A stretch of DNA of 63,016 bases, filler included, from Phoronis australis (lineage: Eukaryota; Animalia; Phoronida), in assembly GCA_002633005.1 (NCBI GenBank). It is 10 parts of 10 records of this genome, joined end to end, with 100 filler letters (N's around TTAATTAATTAA, not from the genome) between each part and the next. Parts side by side here need not be neighbours in the genome. Positions count along the whole stretch, not along the records: positions 34,113 to 37,666 come from NMRA01002962.1; positions 37,767 to 40,662 come from NMRA01003339.1; positions 40,763 to 43,900 come from NMRA01003195.1; positions 44,001 to 49,060 come from NMRA01002437.1; 6 more parts are not named here. One strand, given 5' to 3'. Position numbers and translations under genes: made by a program. The notes below the pieces were generated by a model. The model did not search any database and had not been told where the DNA came from. It saw only the letters and a list, made by a program, of their open reading frames with translations. Below, piece by piece: positions 36,187 through 48,835 of the stretch (positions are counted from its first letter, which is position 1; every line of letters starts with the position of its first letter).

Positions 36187-38620
36187 TTTAATGTTTCCTA
36201 TACTACAGTTGTAAGGTTGCCATTCCACTATAACAAGAATTGTTATCAGGGTTTGAATTGCTCGTTTTACCACCCATTAAAATTAGCTTTTTATTCTTGG
36301 GTTTTATAAAGTTTTGAAAGTTTGAAACAAAAATAATTTTTATGCTTATGAGAAATTTTAGTTCTAAGCTTGGTTATGACAGTTTTGTGAGAGTTGGGGC
36401 TGATTTACAGCATTCTAGTCACACGAGTGTGGCGAAGGCACGTTTAGCTAGTCAGGTAGCCTAATTAACAATACGCACTCTAACCAAAAGGAATGAACGC
36501 GTACACCTGACTTGTGGATGTTCATGACATGTATCGTAACTTTAGAGGGCATTCGTTCCGCAATGAAATCTTTGCTAAACTTATAAAAAGAGAAGATGTC
36601 ATTTGAAAATGCCTGGTGGTGCCTCAGTTGTTGACTTTGGAAAATTTCCAGCAAATTTTCCTCGGTTAAGCTTGATGTTAACAGTGAAAGGCAAATGAAA
36701 AGAGACGGTAAAGCTGTGCATATGAATGTTGGATGCATGTTCGTAGTGACTTTACTAAAACTTGACAATTCTCCGTACTAGCAGCACACTTTTGAGAATA
36801 ATTTCAGATCTTGTTTTAGATAGTGCAATTATGCAAAAACGTCTGGAACCATCTTGTGTCCCTTAACCACGGTGATGAGCTAAACCACTCCCAGTTGGTG
36901 GTCTCAATTTACATGAATTATGCAAGTCTGGTTTAATAACCTGTATACTAATTTGGTTAAATTCATTGGCTATAAAAACATGCGTGTAATTATCAAAAAA
37001 ATTTACATGTAGCACCTGTAAAGAAGTTATGATGAACAAAAACGGAATTTAAATACCAGAATTTTTAATAATGGTGGCCATTTATTGCATAAATTATGCA
37101 AATTGATCATGGAACAACCTGCAAACATCGGCAAATACTAATATAATTAGCCTGTGTTGCCTGATACCAGCAGCAATAAGCACAAGTAGAATTTTTAATC
37201 ATGGGTGCCTCAGTTTGCATCATCTATATGCCAATTTTTAATGCGTCCACCTCCAAAGTAGCTACATTAAATTCACTGACCACAGAAAAATACCTATTGG
37301 GTAAAAACGTCAAAATAATTACCTGCAGTAAGGAAGTTACATTCCCGTGAAATTATTTTTGTCATAATGATGGTTTTAATTTGCATTTTTAAGAAATGCT
37401 CAAGGTTGTCATGGTTACACAGCTACAATGCTTGAGGGGTGATACTTACATGAAATAACAAAAAAGCAACTAATTATACTACCAAATATTTCTTGAAACT
37501 CATTTTTTTCTGGAGGAATTTTGTAAATCATTGAAATCACCATTCCATCAATTGAAATGCTGTGCAGTGGGATGTCCAAATAATTCATCAAACAGTCCGT
37601 TACAAAATGTTGTTGAGTAATAAAAACACAAAATTAATTAACTGTTGTGTTTGTGACTCAACTGCTNNNNNNNNNNNNNNNNNNNNNNNNNNNNNNNNNN
37701 NNNNNNNNNNTTAATTAATTAANNNNNNNNNNNNNNNNNNNNNNNNNNNNNNNNNNNNNNNNNNNNAACAAAAAAATATTGGTATCCCTAATGCGAGAAT
37801 ATTCAGACATTCATATGCATATCTGGGCGTGTGCTGATAATGGACTTTCCCGAATGACAAGCATAAGAAAAATTATTCAACAACGCAAATTTCACCGGTA
37901 GTCAGTTGTCCTTATAAGATCATTTTTTCTAACCTCATTTCCCAGTATCTATCCCATACTATTTCAATATATCTCTTTTTATGACTAACTACTTTGCTGT
38001 CTGGTTTGTTCGGGTTTGGTGATATACACTGTATGGAGATGCAGTTGTCTCCTTCTGGCCCAATACACCTATTAGTGTTTTTTTAATAAAATTCGTTGAA
38101 TTGAGATGCGTCGGGACACAATAAACCGACTTTGAGAAAATTAGAAAAATAAATTTTAATCAGACCCACACATTAAAATTTCAGAATTCGAGTTTGCAGT
38201 TATGTATAACTGAAGACTTACTTTATAGATTTTTTACTCAACTATAATGCAATTTAAAACGGTGAGTATATGCACATGCTTTTGTAGTGTCATCGTCAAG
38301 GTCAAAGAAAACCAACGTGCCTTGTTGTGCTTCACATTCTTTTCTGTAAAGTAACAAAATTAAAGCTTTCTTAATGAGTTCGATCGCCTATTTTAAGATT
38401 ACAAAACTGTATTTTGAATCCTCGCATAGTTTTGTTACTATGCATACATTGGCCAGTTGTACTTTTTGGTGAGGTACCCTACTTCTAGAGCCCGATGAGG
38501 TATGAAGAACGGTGCTTGCCTAGGGTTTTCATGGTTTTATTTTGTAGAGCTAAGATCACTCTAAACACTGGCGGTAGTTTTTTTGTTTTAAATTTGCCTT
38601 CAGCTGATAAATGAGGCAGA

Positions 38621-39483
38621 AAGTAGGGCAATTTTCAACATTTCGGAATCACCACATACTCGCTAAGCTTGTAGCCTTCAAAAACAGTTGAGATGTAACT
38701 GAAACCGTGATATTTTCTATGACTGGCGAGCTGAAAGACACATTAATTCAATGATAAACTTGAAGTGTTTCATTTTGCACTACTATTCTCAAGGAAAGTT
38801 CGCAAAAATGCCAAAATGTAGCTGTAACGAGGCTTGGAATTGGCAGAAAAACAACACGTTCCCATAGCAACCACAAGGTGGCGCACGCAAAAAATAATTG
38901 TGGGTCTAAATGTTGCGGCATCAACCCCTATCGTCATGCAAACAATCGGGGAAATCCGTGCCATAGCCTTTATCACTTTTCGCCTGGTCCATTCTTGGAC
39001 GTGCTCTTAATACGTTGCTGTGTGAGTGAGTAGAGACCTTCGACGACTCGCNAAGTAGGGCAATTTTCAACATTTCGGAATCACCACATACTCGCTAAGC
39101 TTGTAGCCTTCAAAAACAGTTGAGATGTAACTGAAACCGTGATATTTTCTATGACTGGCGAGCTGAAAGACACATTAATTCAATGATAAACTTGAAGTGT
39201 TTCATTTTGCACTACTATTCTCAAGGAAAGTTCGCAAAAATGCCAAAATGTAGCTGTAACGAGGCTTGGAATTGGCAGAAAAACAACACGTTCCCATAGC
39301 AACCACAAGGTGGCGCACGCAAAAAATAATTGTGGGTCTAAATGTTGCGGCATCAACCCCTATCGTCATGCAAACAATCGGGGAAATCCGTGCCATAGCC
39401 TTTATCACTTTTCGCCTGGTCCATTCTTGGACGTGCTCTTAATACGTTGCTGTGTGAGTGAGTAGAGACCTTCGACGACTCGC
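38621..39483. other. identical 431-bp duplication around a single N (probable contig-overlap artefact)
   Basis: 38621-39051 equals 39053-39483; N at 39052. Confidence 0.85.
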
Positions 39484-39965
39484 TAAACATGATAGCGAAA
39501 GTGAGGTTGGCATTCACAATGTTCACCTACATTTTGGCGTTCAGTCTGTCACATGGATGCTAATGACGTGGAGACAGTTGATCTCGCAAAGTGTACAGCG
39601 AGAATTTTGATTACCGATTTACCTTAAAAGAGTGCGAAATTTAATGTATGTATTACGTTTTAGAATATTTAGCCGTCCAGGAGATGTTGTAGTTTAATGC
39701 ATGTGAGGCCCACGTCGCAATACTGAATTTTCACAGAATAACAACAGATAAATTATACCATGTTTGGAGCAAAAAACATACCAATTTCCGTATTATTTCA
39801 TAAAAACGAATGTGAGGAATGGTTTAATTAGAAATACTAGCAAACAGGAAAAACTGAGGGTTTGTGACTGAAAAACAAACACGTTTTCGTCATTTTGCCC
39901 AAAATCGCATTTGGTATCACAAACATGACAGTTTAGAAATTTTGTAACTGGGATATTGTTTTCAC

Positions 39966-40027
39966 CGAGGGCAGAACATAATATTGTCATCCCAGTCGTA
40001 GTTTTGAACACCTCCTCCGGTCGCCAT
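39966..40027 (-). other. candidate first coding exon MATGGGVQNYDWDDNIMFCP(R)
   Basis: aagATGGCG start context in a GC-richer patch; weak GTGAAA donor. Confidence 0.3.
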
Positions 40028-41720
40028 CTTTGTTATGCCACCAACCCCTCCCGGTCGACACCTTCACACTTGTACTTCGTCTACGTCCACAGTGCAAAGT
40101 GTCCCCAGGTTGTCTCCTCTTGGACAACTGTTTCCCTCCATTTGGTCACTTTGTTGAATTCTTTCGATTACTACAGTGCCGTAAGAGTCAAACTGTTCAA
40201 CAATTATGAATAACGGAATTTACTTTATATTTTTCAATTACACTGAAACTAAAAAGCACAATGCTCGTGCTTTTCATCTACGAAACACATTCATGGATAA
40301 CAAGTTACATAAAGGAAGATTTAACCTTAAGGATATGAAACATTGACTTGCTTGTTTCTCGTAGACGAAAATGCTATGCGAATCTAATGGTTGAATGTTT
40401 TCGAGGACTCTCACCATATCTACATACAATATGATCCTCTACTATATATAAGTCGAAGTCATCTTCCATGACACTAAATCCAACAGATTTGTCATATTCT
40501 TGTTGGACACAGCACCACCCCTTACAAGCAACTTGGCCTACGTGTGGTAACCGAAACAAAAATAAAGCACAACGCATATGTCCGTATTCAACGTGTAGCT
40601 AAAGCTCTCTAGCAATACATGTAAAAGCAAGGACATTGTGACGGCGGGAAGCAACGCACATCNNNNNNNNNNNNNNNNNNNNNNNNNNNNNNNNNNNNNN
40701 NNNNNNTTAATTAATTAANNNNNNNNNNNNNNNNNNNNNNNNNNNNNNNNNNNNNNNNNNNNGGTAATTAGCAGTTATGTGTGTGTTACTAAAACGATAA
40801 TCATTTTTCAATTGTTAGTGAAGTGTAAGACCAAATTTTGACTTAAGTCCCAAGTCACTTTTCATGAGCAGACCTCTGGGCCCTGCTGTTTCACACCAAA
40901 TGGAACCTGTTGTTTTCAGTGTAAAAATAGATTGCTGTTACCGACTAGTAAGTAAAACAAGATTCACACAAATTCAGATGTCTCATGTCCGTTTGTTCTT
41001 TTCAGGGCATTGTCAAAAGTAGAAATTGACTTCCGAATGCAATAAATTTTGCATTTTAAAAGATTTTACTTTTATCAGTGTAATTCTGTTACTACGTGAC
41101 CAGATTGCGGATTTTGTAAATGTTCTAATAGTGTGCGCACTGAACATGTGCCACGGTACAGATTGTGTATACACTGTGTTACATATTATTCCCCTGGACT
41201 GTGAAAACCAAGAAATTTCCAACATCACGATCTGATCTAATATCACGTTCAATTAAATTTGACAAACAAGTCTATTGTGTTGGCACACAAAGGAATCAGC
41301 TGGCGAAAGTTACCTCTAATTTCTCCTTTCGAAGTTTAGTGACATTTATTGAATGTCGTTTGCAAATAGTATTATTGGTTAGCGTCAGGCTCGCCGTTTA
41401 CAACATAATTGCTGGATTACGTGAGCTTATCAGATGAACATAGACAATGAAAGAGCTGGACTATGTAAAAATTGGTGTGCCAACTTTCTCCTTGCTATTG
41501 CTACCAAACTGATAATGCCATGGCTGTATCCCGACTAATCAGTGAAATCTTGACACACCTCCCACAGCGGGGGTGCGTGACATATTTATTGTCTCGAGGA
41601 ACACTAACTAACTGCCCTGAAATGAGAAAAAATCAGACGATACATTTTAAAGTCCTAAGCGGATGATAAAATATTTCTCTACTTACACATTTTTCACCAA
41701 ATGTGTCGCTTGCATTCCAG

Positions 41721-41849
41721 ACATTCCTAGGTGTACTGGTGGTGCTGTGTGGATGGAATGCAGTAATGACTGTGGCCGCTTATGTGGCGTTAATGAGGGA
41801 CAGTGCGACTCTACTCTCAACTGCAACGATGGCTGCTTCTGTCCCTCAG
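41721..41849 (+). CDS. TIL (trypsin-inhibitor-like Cys-rich) domain exon of a mucin/VWF/zonadhesin/SCO-spondin-type protein
   Basis: ttcCAG acceptor and CAG|GTAAGT donor; 129 nt, phase 1-1; DIPRCTGGAVWMECSNDCGRLCGVNEGQCDSTLNCNDGCFCPSG has the TIL Cys spacing. Confidence 0.8.
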
Positions 41850-42640
41850 GTAAGTGTGGGTAATGGCGTGAAAGCCGTGTATGTCCACCTCCACAGTAGT
41901 GATTTGTATCCTGTGGCTGTCGAGATTCCAGTGTTGGATCTATTCCTTTACATTTAGAAATTTATTTTTTACTATCTGAAAATTAATATACTACTTCTTT
42001 TTTAAGCCCTGTCTACATGATGTTTTCACTTTGATCAAAGGACAGGTTTTTCTTTGCACATTTAAAAAGTTTTCTGTGCACACTAGCATATCGTTTTTAT
42101 TTTGTGTTTGCTGTCTAAACGAATACACCGCTTTGGAGAGCATCAGCGTTTTGTTTGTCATTTTCGGTGGACATGTGTGAACTGTAGGCGTGTCCATAAA
42201 GAAAATGTGAGGATAGAGCCCGAGTAATTTATTAGTAATCAAAGTGCTATCTCAATTGTTCAGATTCATCTGACTGACTTTTTGTGCTACATCCATGATA
42301 TAGTTATGTAGATATTTTGACAAAATTATTGTTACACCGTGTGCAGATGTGGAACCTTTTAAGGTTAGTAACTGACATATGCGTGAAGCCTGGTTCTGGT
42401 TGCTTGAGAGGAACGTTTGGCTCTTGGCAGCTTTCTGCCGATGAAACAGAATGTGCTGGCGAACACGCAGACACTATGTGACCATGTATTGATTAGCTGA
42501 TCTCGAGTTACAAGCATTTATTGGTTGATAAATACTACCTAAAATTGGGAAAACCAGTCACACTACTAGTCATCCTCCGTTGTGTTTAGTGTGAAAAGTC
42601 GTCACGCAATGCTGCTCGCTTTCCCGTAGTTTACGATATA

Positions 42641-43129
42641 CAGGGCTTGGAATTTTCCGCGGAAACGCGGATTTCCGCTTTTTTGAAATGTGCTTTCCGC
42701 TTTTTTTATAATATTTCCGCGTAAAAAAATCGGATTTGATATGAAATTCCCGCGGCAAATTCCTTTCTTACCGCGGCGTTGCAGACGACGTTCACCTCGG
42801 AAAGCGGAAGTTGCTCTTTATGTTATCGGAGGAACGTAAATTGTCAACATTGCCGGGGCATCTGGGTAAAGCGTGGTGTGATTTTCAATGGCGGCTCGTG
42901 TTATTGTTAAGCGCGGCGACAAATACTACCGCTCTGCAGCCAAGTGGACGGGCGAGCGAAAAGGACGCAGACGCATGCTACTGATGGTGGTAACGTTTTT
43001 TTTTTATTTTAGTCCTCCCGATTTTTGACGCGGAAAGGTTCACATTGACCATTTCAAAGGCTGGTTATCGGGCATGATTTGGGCCGTAAAAGTTTCCGCG
43101 TTTTTTGTCATTGGTTATTCCAAGCCCTG
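42641..43129. mobile_element. non-autonomous hAT-like DNA transposon
   Basis: TIR CAGGGCTTGGAAT at both ends, subterminal TTCCGC repeats, flanking 6-bp direct repeat GATATA. Confidence 0.85.
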
Positions 43130-43189
43130 GATATAATAAAGAAGGACGAGGCGTTGCACTATGGTGATTGTGACACCTTAGCATTTGAC

Positions 43190-43380
43190 CATGCTATGCT
43201 CTGGCTATTTTCACTATCCCGTGGGACATCGCAGAAGCGCAGTTATGGTGCCTTTTTGTACAAGGAACTTGCGTGGACGTAACACACTGGAGCTTGGTAC
43301 ATTCATACATCACACTCATGCCCGTGGAGCTAAGAAACTTTCAGTTGAAGTCGGTTTTCTTCAATTTTCTCGTTTTTGAA
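43190..43380. repeat. dispersed repeat, inverted copy at ~50345-50515
   Basis: Shared GGTACATTCATAC...TGGAGCTAAGAAACTTTCA..TGAAGTC..TTTTCTTC.ATTTTCTC segment. Confidence 0.7.
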
Positions 43381-43473
43381 TTCACGATTGTGACATGTAG
43401 TGTAGTGCTATAATGGAAGACTTTATGATGCTGACAATGTAGTCACTTGTCAAAACAAGGTAAATAGTGGTTT

Positions 43474-43508
43474 TAAGCTTTCTAAGCTTTCTAAGCTTTC
43501 TAAGCTTT
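43474..43508. repeat. 9-bp tandem repeat x4
   Basis: TAAGCTTTC units. Confidence 0.9.
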
Positions 43509-46500
43509 ATTCCCGTCAAAATATTGCCAAGGAATGCAGTTATCCAAATGACTTGTTGAGGAAGGTTCAAACATTTTACGTAGTTGGACATTCAAAGTAG
43601 GTTGGATTCACGATTATTACTCTTAGGCCGAAGCACAACCGGTTTTAGTTTGTACCCCGACTCATTTTGAGACTTGCGGTCACCGACGAAAAAAGCATCC
43701 GCTCGCATCAGTTTCAGCCAAAGTCTCGCGTTTTTTAAAAGTTGCATAATGGGATATAAGTAGGCATAAGCAAGGCTTGGACTGCAATGATTTGTCAAGC
43801 CATGAGTAAAAAATCACGGGTGAGCGGATGGAATTGCAGAATGACATAAAAATGGATTGAAAAGAGGAATGGAAGCTAAAAGGGTGGCAAACATACAATG
43901 NNNNNNNNNNNNNNNNNNNNNNNNNNNNNNNNNNNNNNNNNNNNTTAATTAATTAANNNNNNNNNNNNNNNNNNNNNNNNNNNNNNNNNNNNNNNNNNNN
44001 GGCTTCAGGGGTGTTGTGACTGTGAGAGTTGTTCTGGCCTCTGGGTGGGCTGTGAATTTGCTAGGGTGTTGTGGAGAATTTGTGGGGTGTTGTGGGGAAT
44101 TTGTGGGAATGTGGTGGTGTGTTGTGAAGTTTTTAGGGTGTTGTGGAGCCTATACCCTTCCGTACACTACAATTTGTCGTAAATGACGAGTAATTAACAA
44201 TGAAATTGACAAGTCACGACTATGGTATCAAAATTAGTAATGACATCGGCGCAGGTGGCGATCAAACGTGTCATCCACGGAAAAAAAAGTCTGCGCATGT
44301 CGTGACGCACTCTTTTATGATACTTGGTTGTTCATAATTGGTTTTCTATTTTAATTAGAACGAAACATGTGGATGGTGCAAGGCGATTGTTTGATGTTTT
44401 TATGTGCACGGCGTTCTTGGACATACGTCAACTTGAACATCAGACAAGGTTAACGAGAAGAGCGGAAATGCCATCTGTTAACGAATCTCTTGCGTCATTT
44501 AGACCTGCAACAACTATTAACAAAGGCTTAATAGTCATCGTCACTATAACTTCTTGAAAATGACGACAAAACGATGCCTTCAGACCACAATTCCTATCAC
44601 CTAGGTATACACGTCTAACAAATTGATACTAATCCATTAAAAGAACATTAAATGTAATTCCCAGGGCACTGTGGGAATTAAGGTGTTAAGCGCTGCCAGG
44701 ATAAACTAATATCAGAAGTAAAAGGCGAAAATTGTTATTGAATCCGACTACAGCGTAACGTGATTAATGGGCCTTTGAACTGCCCTCTTGCTTCGCTCTA
44801 AACAAATCCTGGGAGGGGCTGTACACCTCTTACATTGGGTTTTGCGTGGCAGTAAACACGTCACTGGTCTTGCTGCCTTTCTTCCACTCCGTCAAAATCT
44901 CTATTGTTGACCAAAAAGAAAAGTTATGAATCGTTACACGTCAAACCGCAACGCATGGCCACAGAAACTCATATTTTTGGCCCTTTCACTTCCAACGGAA
45001 AAGGACGCGAGGCTCTGTATGAAGGTGGCAAAATGTAAAATTGAGTTTTCAGCCCCAAATCACCACTTCCCTGTCAAATTTAGGCATATGCTAATACTAG
45101 ATTCTGAAAACAAGTTCTCTACATATTCCAAACATTTGGTCCAAAAGTGCGACCATTCTAAAAATGATTCTTTGTTTCATTCAACTATTTTTCGCAAATC
45201 TGGGTGGTTTCAGTGCTGTCACTGCGTGAATTATCACCCTTGCGACATTAGTTTAATGAAATAAGTTTACAGATTGCTGCATGATTAATTCGCATAATTT
45301 ATGCAAATAAGGGACGCCATTATTTAAAATTCTGCTTCTGCCCACAACTTCCTTAAAGGGCACCACGTGTAGATTATTTTGATATTTGTACCCATGTTTT
45401 TGTGCTCAATGAAACCAGTTTGCAGGTCATTGCATCATGAATTTGCGTAATTCCTGTAAATTTTGTCGACCAAGAGTAGTTTAGTTCATTAAAAAGGCCT
45501 GGAACGCGATAGACAGACTAAATTGCGATATTGAAAGTGGTTCTCTGCAATTGAAACAGAATTCAACCTGCTCACCAGGCATTTTTAGTGTTTTTTCGTA
45601 AAGATGTTTATTTCCGTTGATATCAAAGCATTTTCTTTTAGTTTCAAATTTCAAAAAAAAACATCTGTCAACTCACTGCTCGCCTCTTCGTCGATTTTTC
45701 TCCCACATGGCAAACCACGTCTCCATATTTGGTATGACAAGACATAGACGTGGCATATTTCCTTGTATGGAAAATGTGACCTTTGACCTCAATCAGATTC
45801 AAGCAGCTGTGAGCGCATTTATCATAAGTGGGAGTGAGATTAGAAATTCTGTGGTAACCACAAAGTTTTTCCTTCTCGCGTATTTCAAAAATCGTGAATT
45901 TTGGGATTTTTCTGGAAATATCCAAGACTTTTCATAAGTTTAAAAAAGACTGAATTCAAACCCGGATGTTCCACACTTCCCCATCATCTTGTAATATTTG
46001 CGTGAAGCATGGGTGTCCTCGTCTTTTATTTATTTCAAATTTCAATAACACATTCTCATCTTTTGGGATTTAATCTTTTTGTAGTTATCAACAATTCAAA
46101 TGTGGGTGTAGGTAAGCAGCACACTTTCAAATTTGGTTGACTGTATTTTGAATCTTCAACACTGTTTCTTTGTTTTTGACTATGTGCTTCACATTCCCTT
46201 TGATGGATATGTGACTGGTTTTCAATGACTCAAGACAAGCTTGCAACTCTATACGTATGTCACATAGCTGCCAACATACGAAAATGAATGAAAAAATAGA
46301 ACACCTGGATTGAAAAAGGCGGAACATCCGAATATAACGTGGGACATCTGAGTCTATGCCAAAACGCAACGGTTAGACTCCTGAAAACGCTTTAGGAGCG
46401 ATTTTGAATTTTTCCAGAACAGCGTGGCAAATCACAATGATAAATGGTAATAAGTCGATTTCGCTGTTTGTCAAAGAGCGAGACGTTTGGATGGTGGAAC

Positions 46501-46669
46501 AGTGTAGCGAAACAACCCTACAAAAAGCACGAAGTTCCTGACAAAAGCGGGTCATTGGCATCACCTCGTTCTAGTCTATGAAGAACTCCCACTATCAATA
46601 TTAGAATACAGGAAATCTTGTTAACTAAGTGTAAACTAAAAAGACTAAAAACAAGAGAATTTAAAAAAC

Positions 46670-48190
46670 CAATTTCGCATGGGAGCAAAGTAACTTGACG
46701 TGATTTCAGTTTCGCACTGAAGAAGCCGCAGACACGTGGCGTGTCCTCACGAGAGAGATACAGTGTACCAGCGATGCCCGGGTGTTTGAAGGAGGCATCC
46801 GTGACTAACCACAGCTGATCGTCCGGTCTGGGTAGAGTGATAGTTTTATGCGTGGACAAAGGAATTTGATAGAAGGCACTCGTAAGATCACTCTTGATGA
46901 TGAACTTCCATTGAGCAATCTTCCGAAGCACGGAATCTACGTCAGGCATGAGAGATGGTTGGTGCTTGGCGTACCGGCCGACGTCTGAAAATGCTGTAAC
47001 TAAACGAAAACCTCCGTGGGGCTTCTTGACTAGAAACGAGGGATTAAGGTATTCTACTGTAATACCAACATCATCTGGACGGGCGAATACTCCCAGGAGC
47101 TCCAGCTCATTGAATTGTTGTTGCAATTCCAGGAGCTTGTCCTTGGAGTATTGGGGGAGGCGACATTTTCTCTGTGGAGGTTGCGTAGGACCCATGTTGA
47201 CAACGGCCTCAAACGGGCCTGCGGCGCCGTTGTACCCGGGGTATTGCGGATCAAATACATGTCGAGAAAATTCTCGATGCAGGGCGTGGAACCTGTCCCG
47301 ATCTACAGCATGCAGAATATTGTCGGGATCAACGGCAACAAAGCGATGATGATCCAAGGTAGTTTTGGGGGATGAGATACATTGGGTGGCTGTCGGGAAT
47401 GCAGATGGAACCTCTGAAGGAGTGAACACGGCGTGTACCTGGCAAAACTGCTCATCTCGTCGCAAAAATCGTGGTTCATCGGTGTTGTTGAACAAGCGAA
47501 TTTCGCCATTAGTCGGAGCAAGAATGGCGGGTTGTGGCCATAGCTGGGAAACACCTGTGGAGTGGAGGCTAAGGCTGTCGCAGCAAGGTTCGATTGCAAG
47601 ATGTTCTTCAGGATCGGTGAAATCGGACGGGGGTCCAACTCAAGACAATCACCAGGCCAGCTGGTTGTCGCGTGAGGTGGAGCACGTAATATGTGGGACA
47701 GTCGTGCTGTGGGTCGTGGGTATTGGTTTACGGGTTGGCCATAAGTGTATGTAGATCCGTCGGCCAAGGTGATATTCTTACGAGCAGGTCGTACTGAAAT
47801 GTCGTTGTAAGTCATAAATGGGGTTACTGCCAAAACGTCTACGTCAAGAGACTCGATAACAAGACCGTGAAAAACGAAGGAATGCTTGTCACGCGTGAAG
47901 ACAAGTCGAGTTTCCCCCACAACCTGTAGAGTAGATGTACCATCGGCCTGGAAGGCGGTTTGGGAATTTTTAAGAACTTTCGCGCCCAACGAACGTGTAC
48001 ACGATGCGCTGATCATGTTTTGTGTGGCACCACAATCAAATGTCAAACGCACGGGGGTTTGACCAACAAATGTGTCGAGATAAGGAGACTGGACTATGTG
48101 GACGCGAAGCGCGACAGCGGAGTCAGGGTAGAACTGCTCGCAAGATATTGTGTCTTGAGCGAAGTCCTCCTCGGTGGCCTCGTCAACCTG
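46670..48190 (-). mobile_element. Ty3/Gypsy LTR-retrotransposon pol remnant (protease, partial RT, RNase H)
   Basis: Protease-like LTFDCGAT; RT N-terminal motifs YLNPSFLVKKPHGGFRLV..F and DLTSAFYQIPL; RNase H LWLVTDAS...FFSAKL...LPCEI; frameshifts; no LTRs seen. Confidence 0.92.
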
Positions 48191-48393
48191 AAAAAACTCG
48201 AATGTAAACCAGAATGCTCGTCAGACGTCTGGTCTGCCTTTTGCAGCCCGCAACCTTGCCTTCTTACTGTGAGAATTAGACCACATCCCAATTGAACTTG
48301 TACGAGTATGCTCCGTTCGTACACGATCACTTGTGAGTTTCCAAAATATTAGCATTTTAGTGTTATGGTAATTGCTTTTATTGATAGAATGCC

Positions 48394-48835
48394 TATCGGT
48401 ATTTTCCGTAGATAAGCCCAATCGATGGAACGTCCATGGGCGTTTATTCGAAAAACTATGCCGAATGAACGCCTATGGGCATTTATTTGAGGTTACAACT
48501 TCTGGTGTCAAGCGACCAGATAGGGGGGCATTTATTCGGAAAATTTCCTCTTAAAAGCGTCAACTTGTAGCCACAACTTTAGTTTTCTGGAACATTTATC
48601 ATTTATAAAAACGAACAAAGTGTTGGCGAACTATGTATTTATAAACGTAAAATTAAAAACTAGTTTTATGCAAAAAATCGCTGATATTTTCATACCCATC
48701 CGAGGGTATGATTCCGCTTACACGCCCCCCTTTTTGGAATAAACACCCGGGCTTTTATTTGGTGTTACGAAAACGCTTGAAAATTTTCATTTTCTGAATA
48801 CACGCCCATGGGCTTATCTACGGAAACTCCCGGTA
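48394..48835. mobile_element. TA-flanked MITE (Tc1/mariner-pogo type)
   Basis: TIRs TA.CGG...TTTCCGTAGATAAGCCCA / TGGGCTTATCTACGGAAA..CCCGGTA; internal ATGGGC.TTTATT repeats. Confidence 0.8.

Noticed and set aside
38621-39483. Duplicated 68-aa ORF (MIKAMARISP...)
   Set aside because: Identical copies separated by one N: assembly overlap within repeat-like DNA.
46948-48295. Plus-strand ORFs of 86-133 aa
   Set aside because: Antisense shadows of the Gypsy pol frame.
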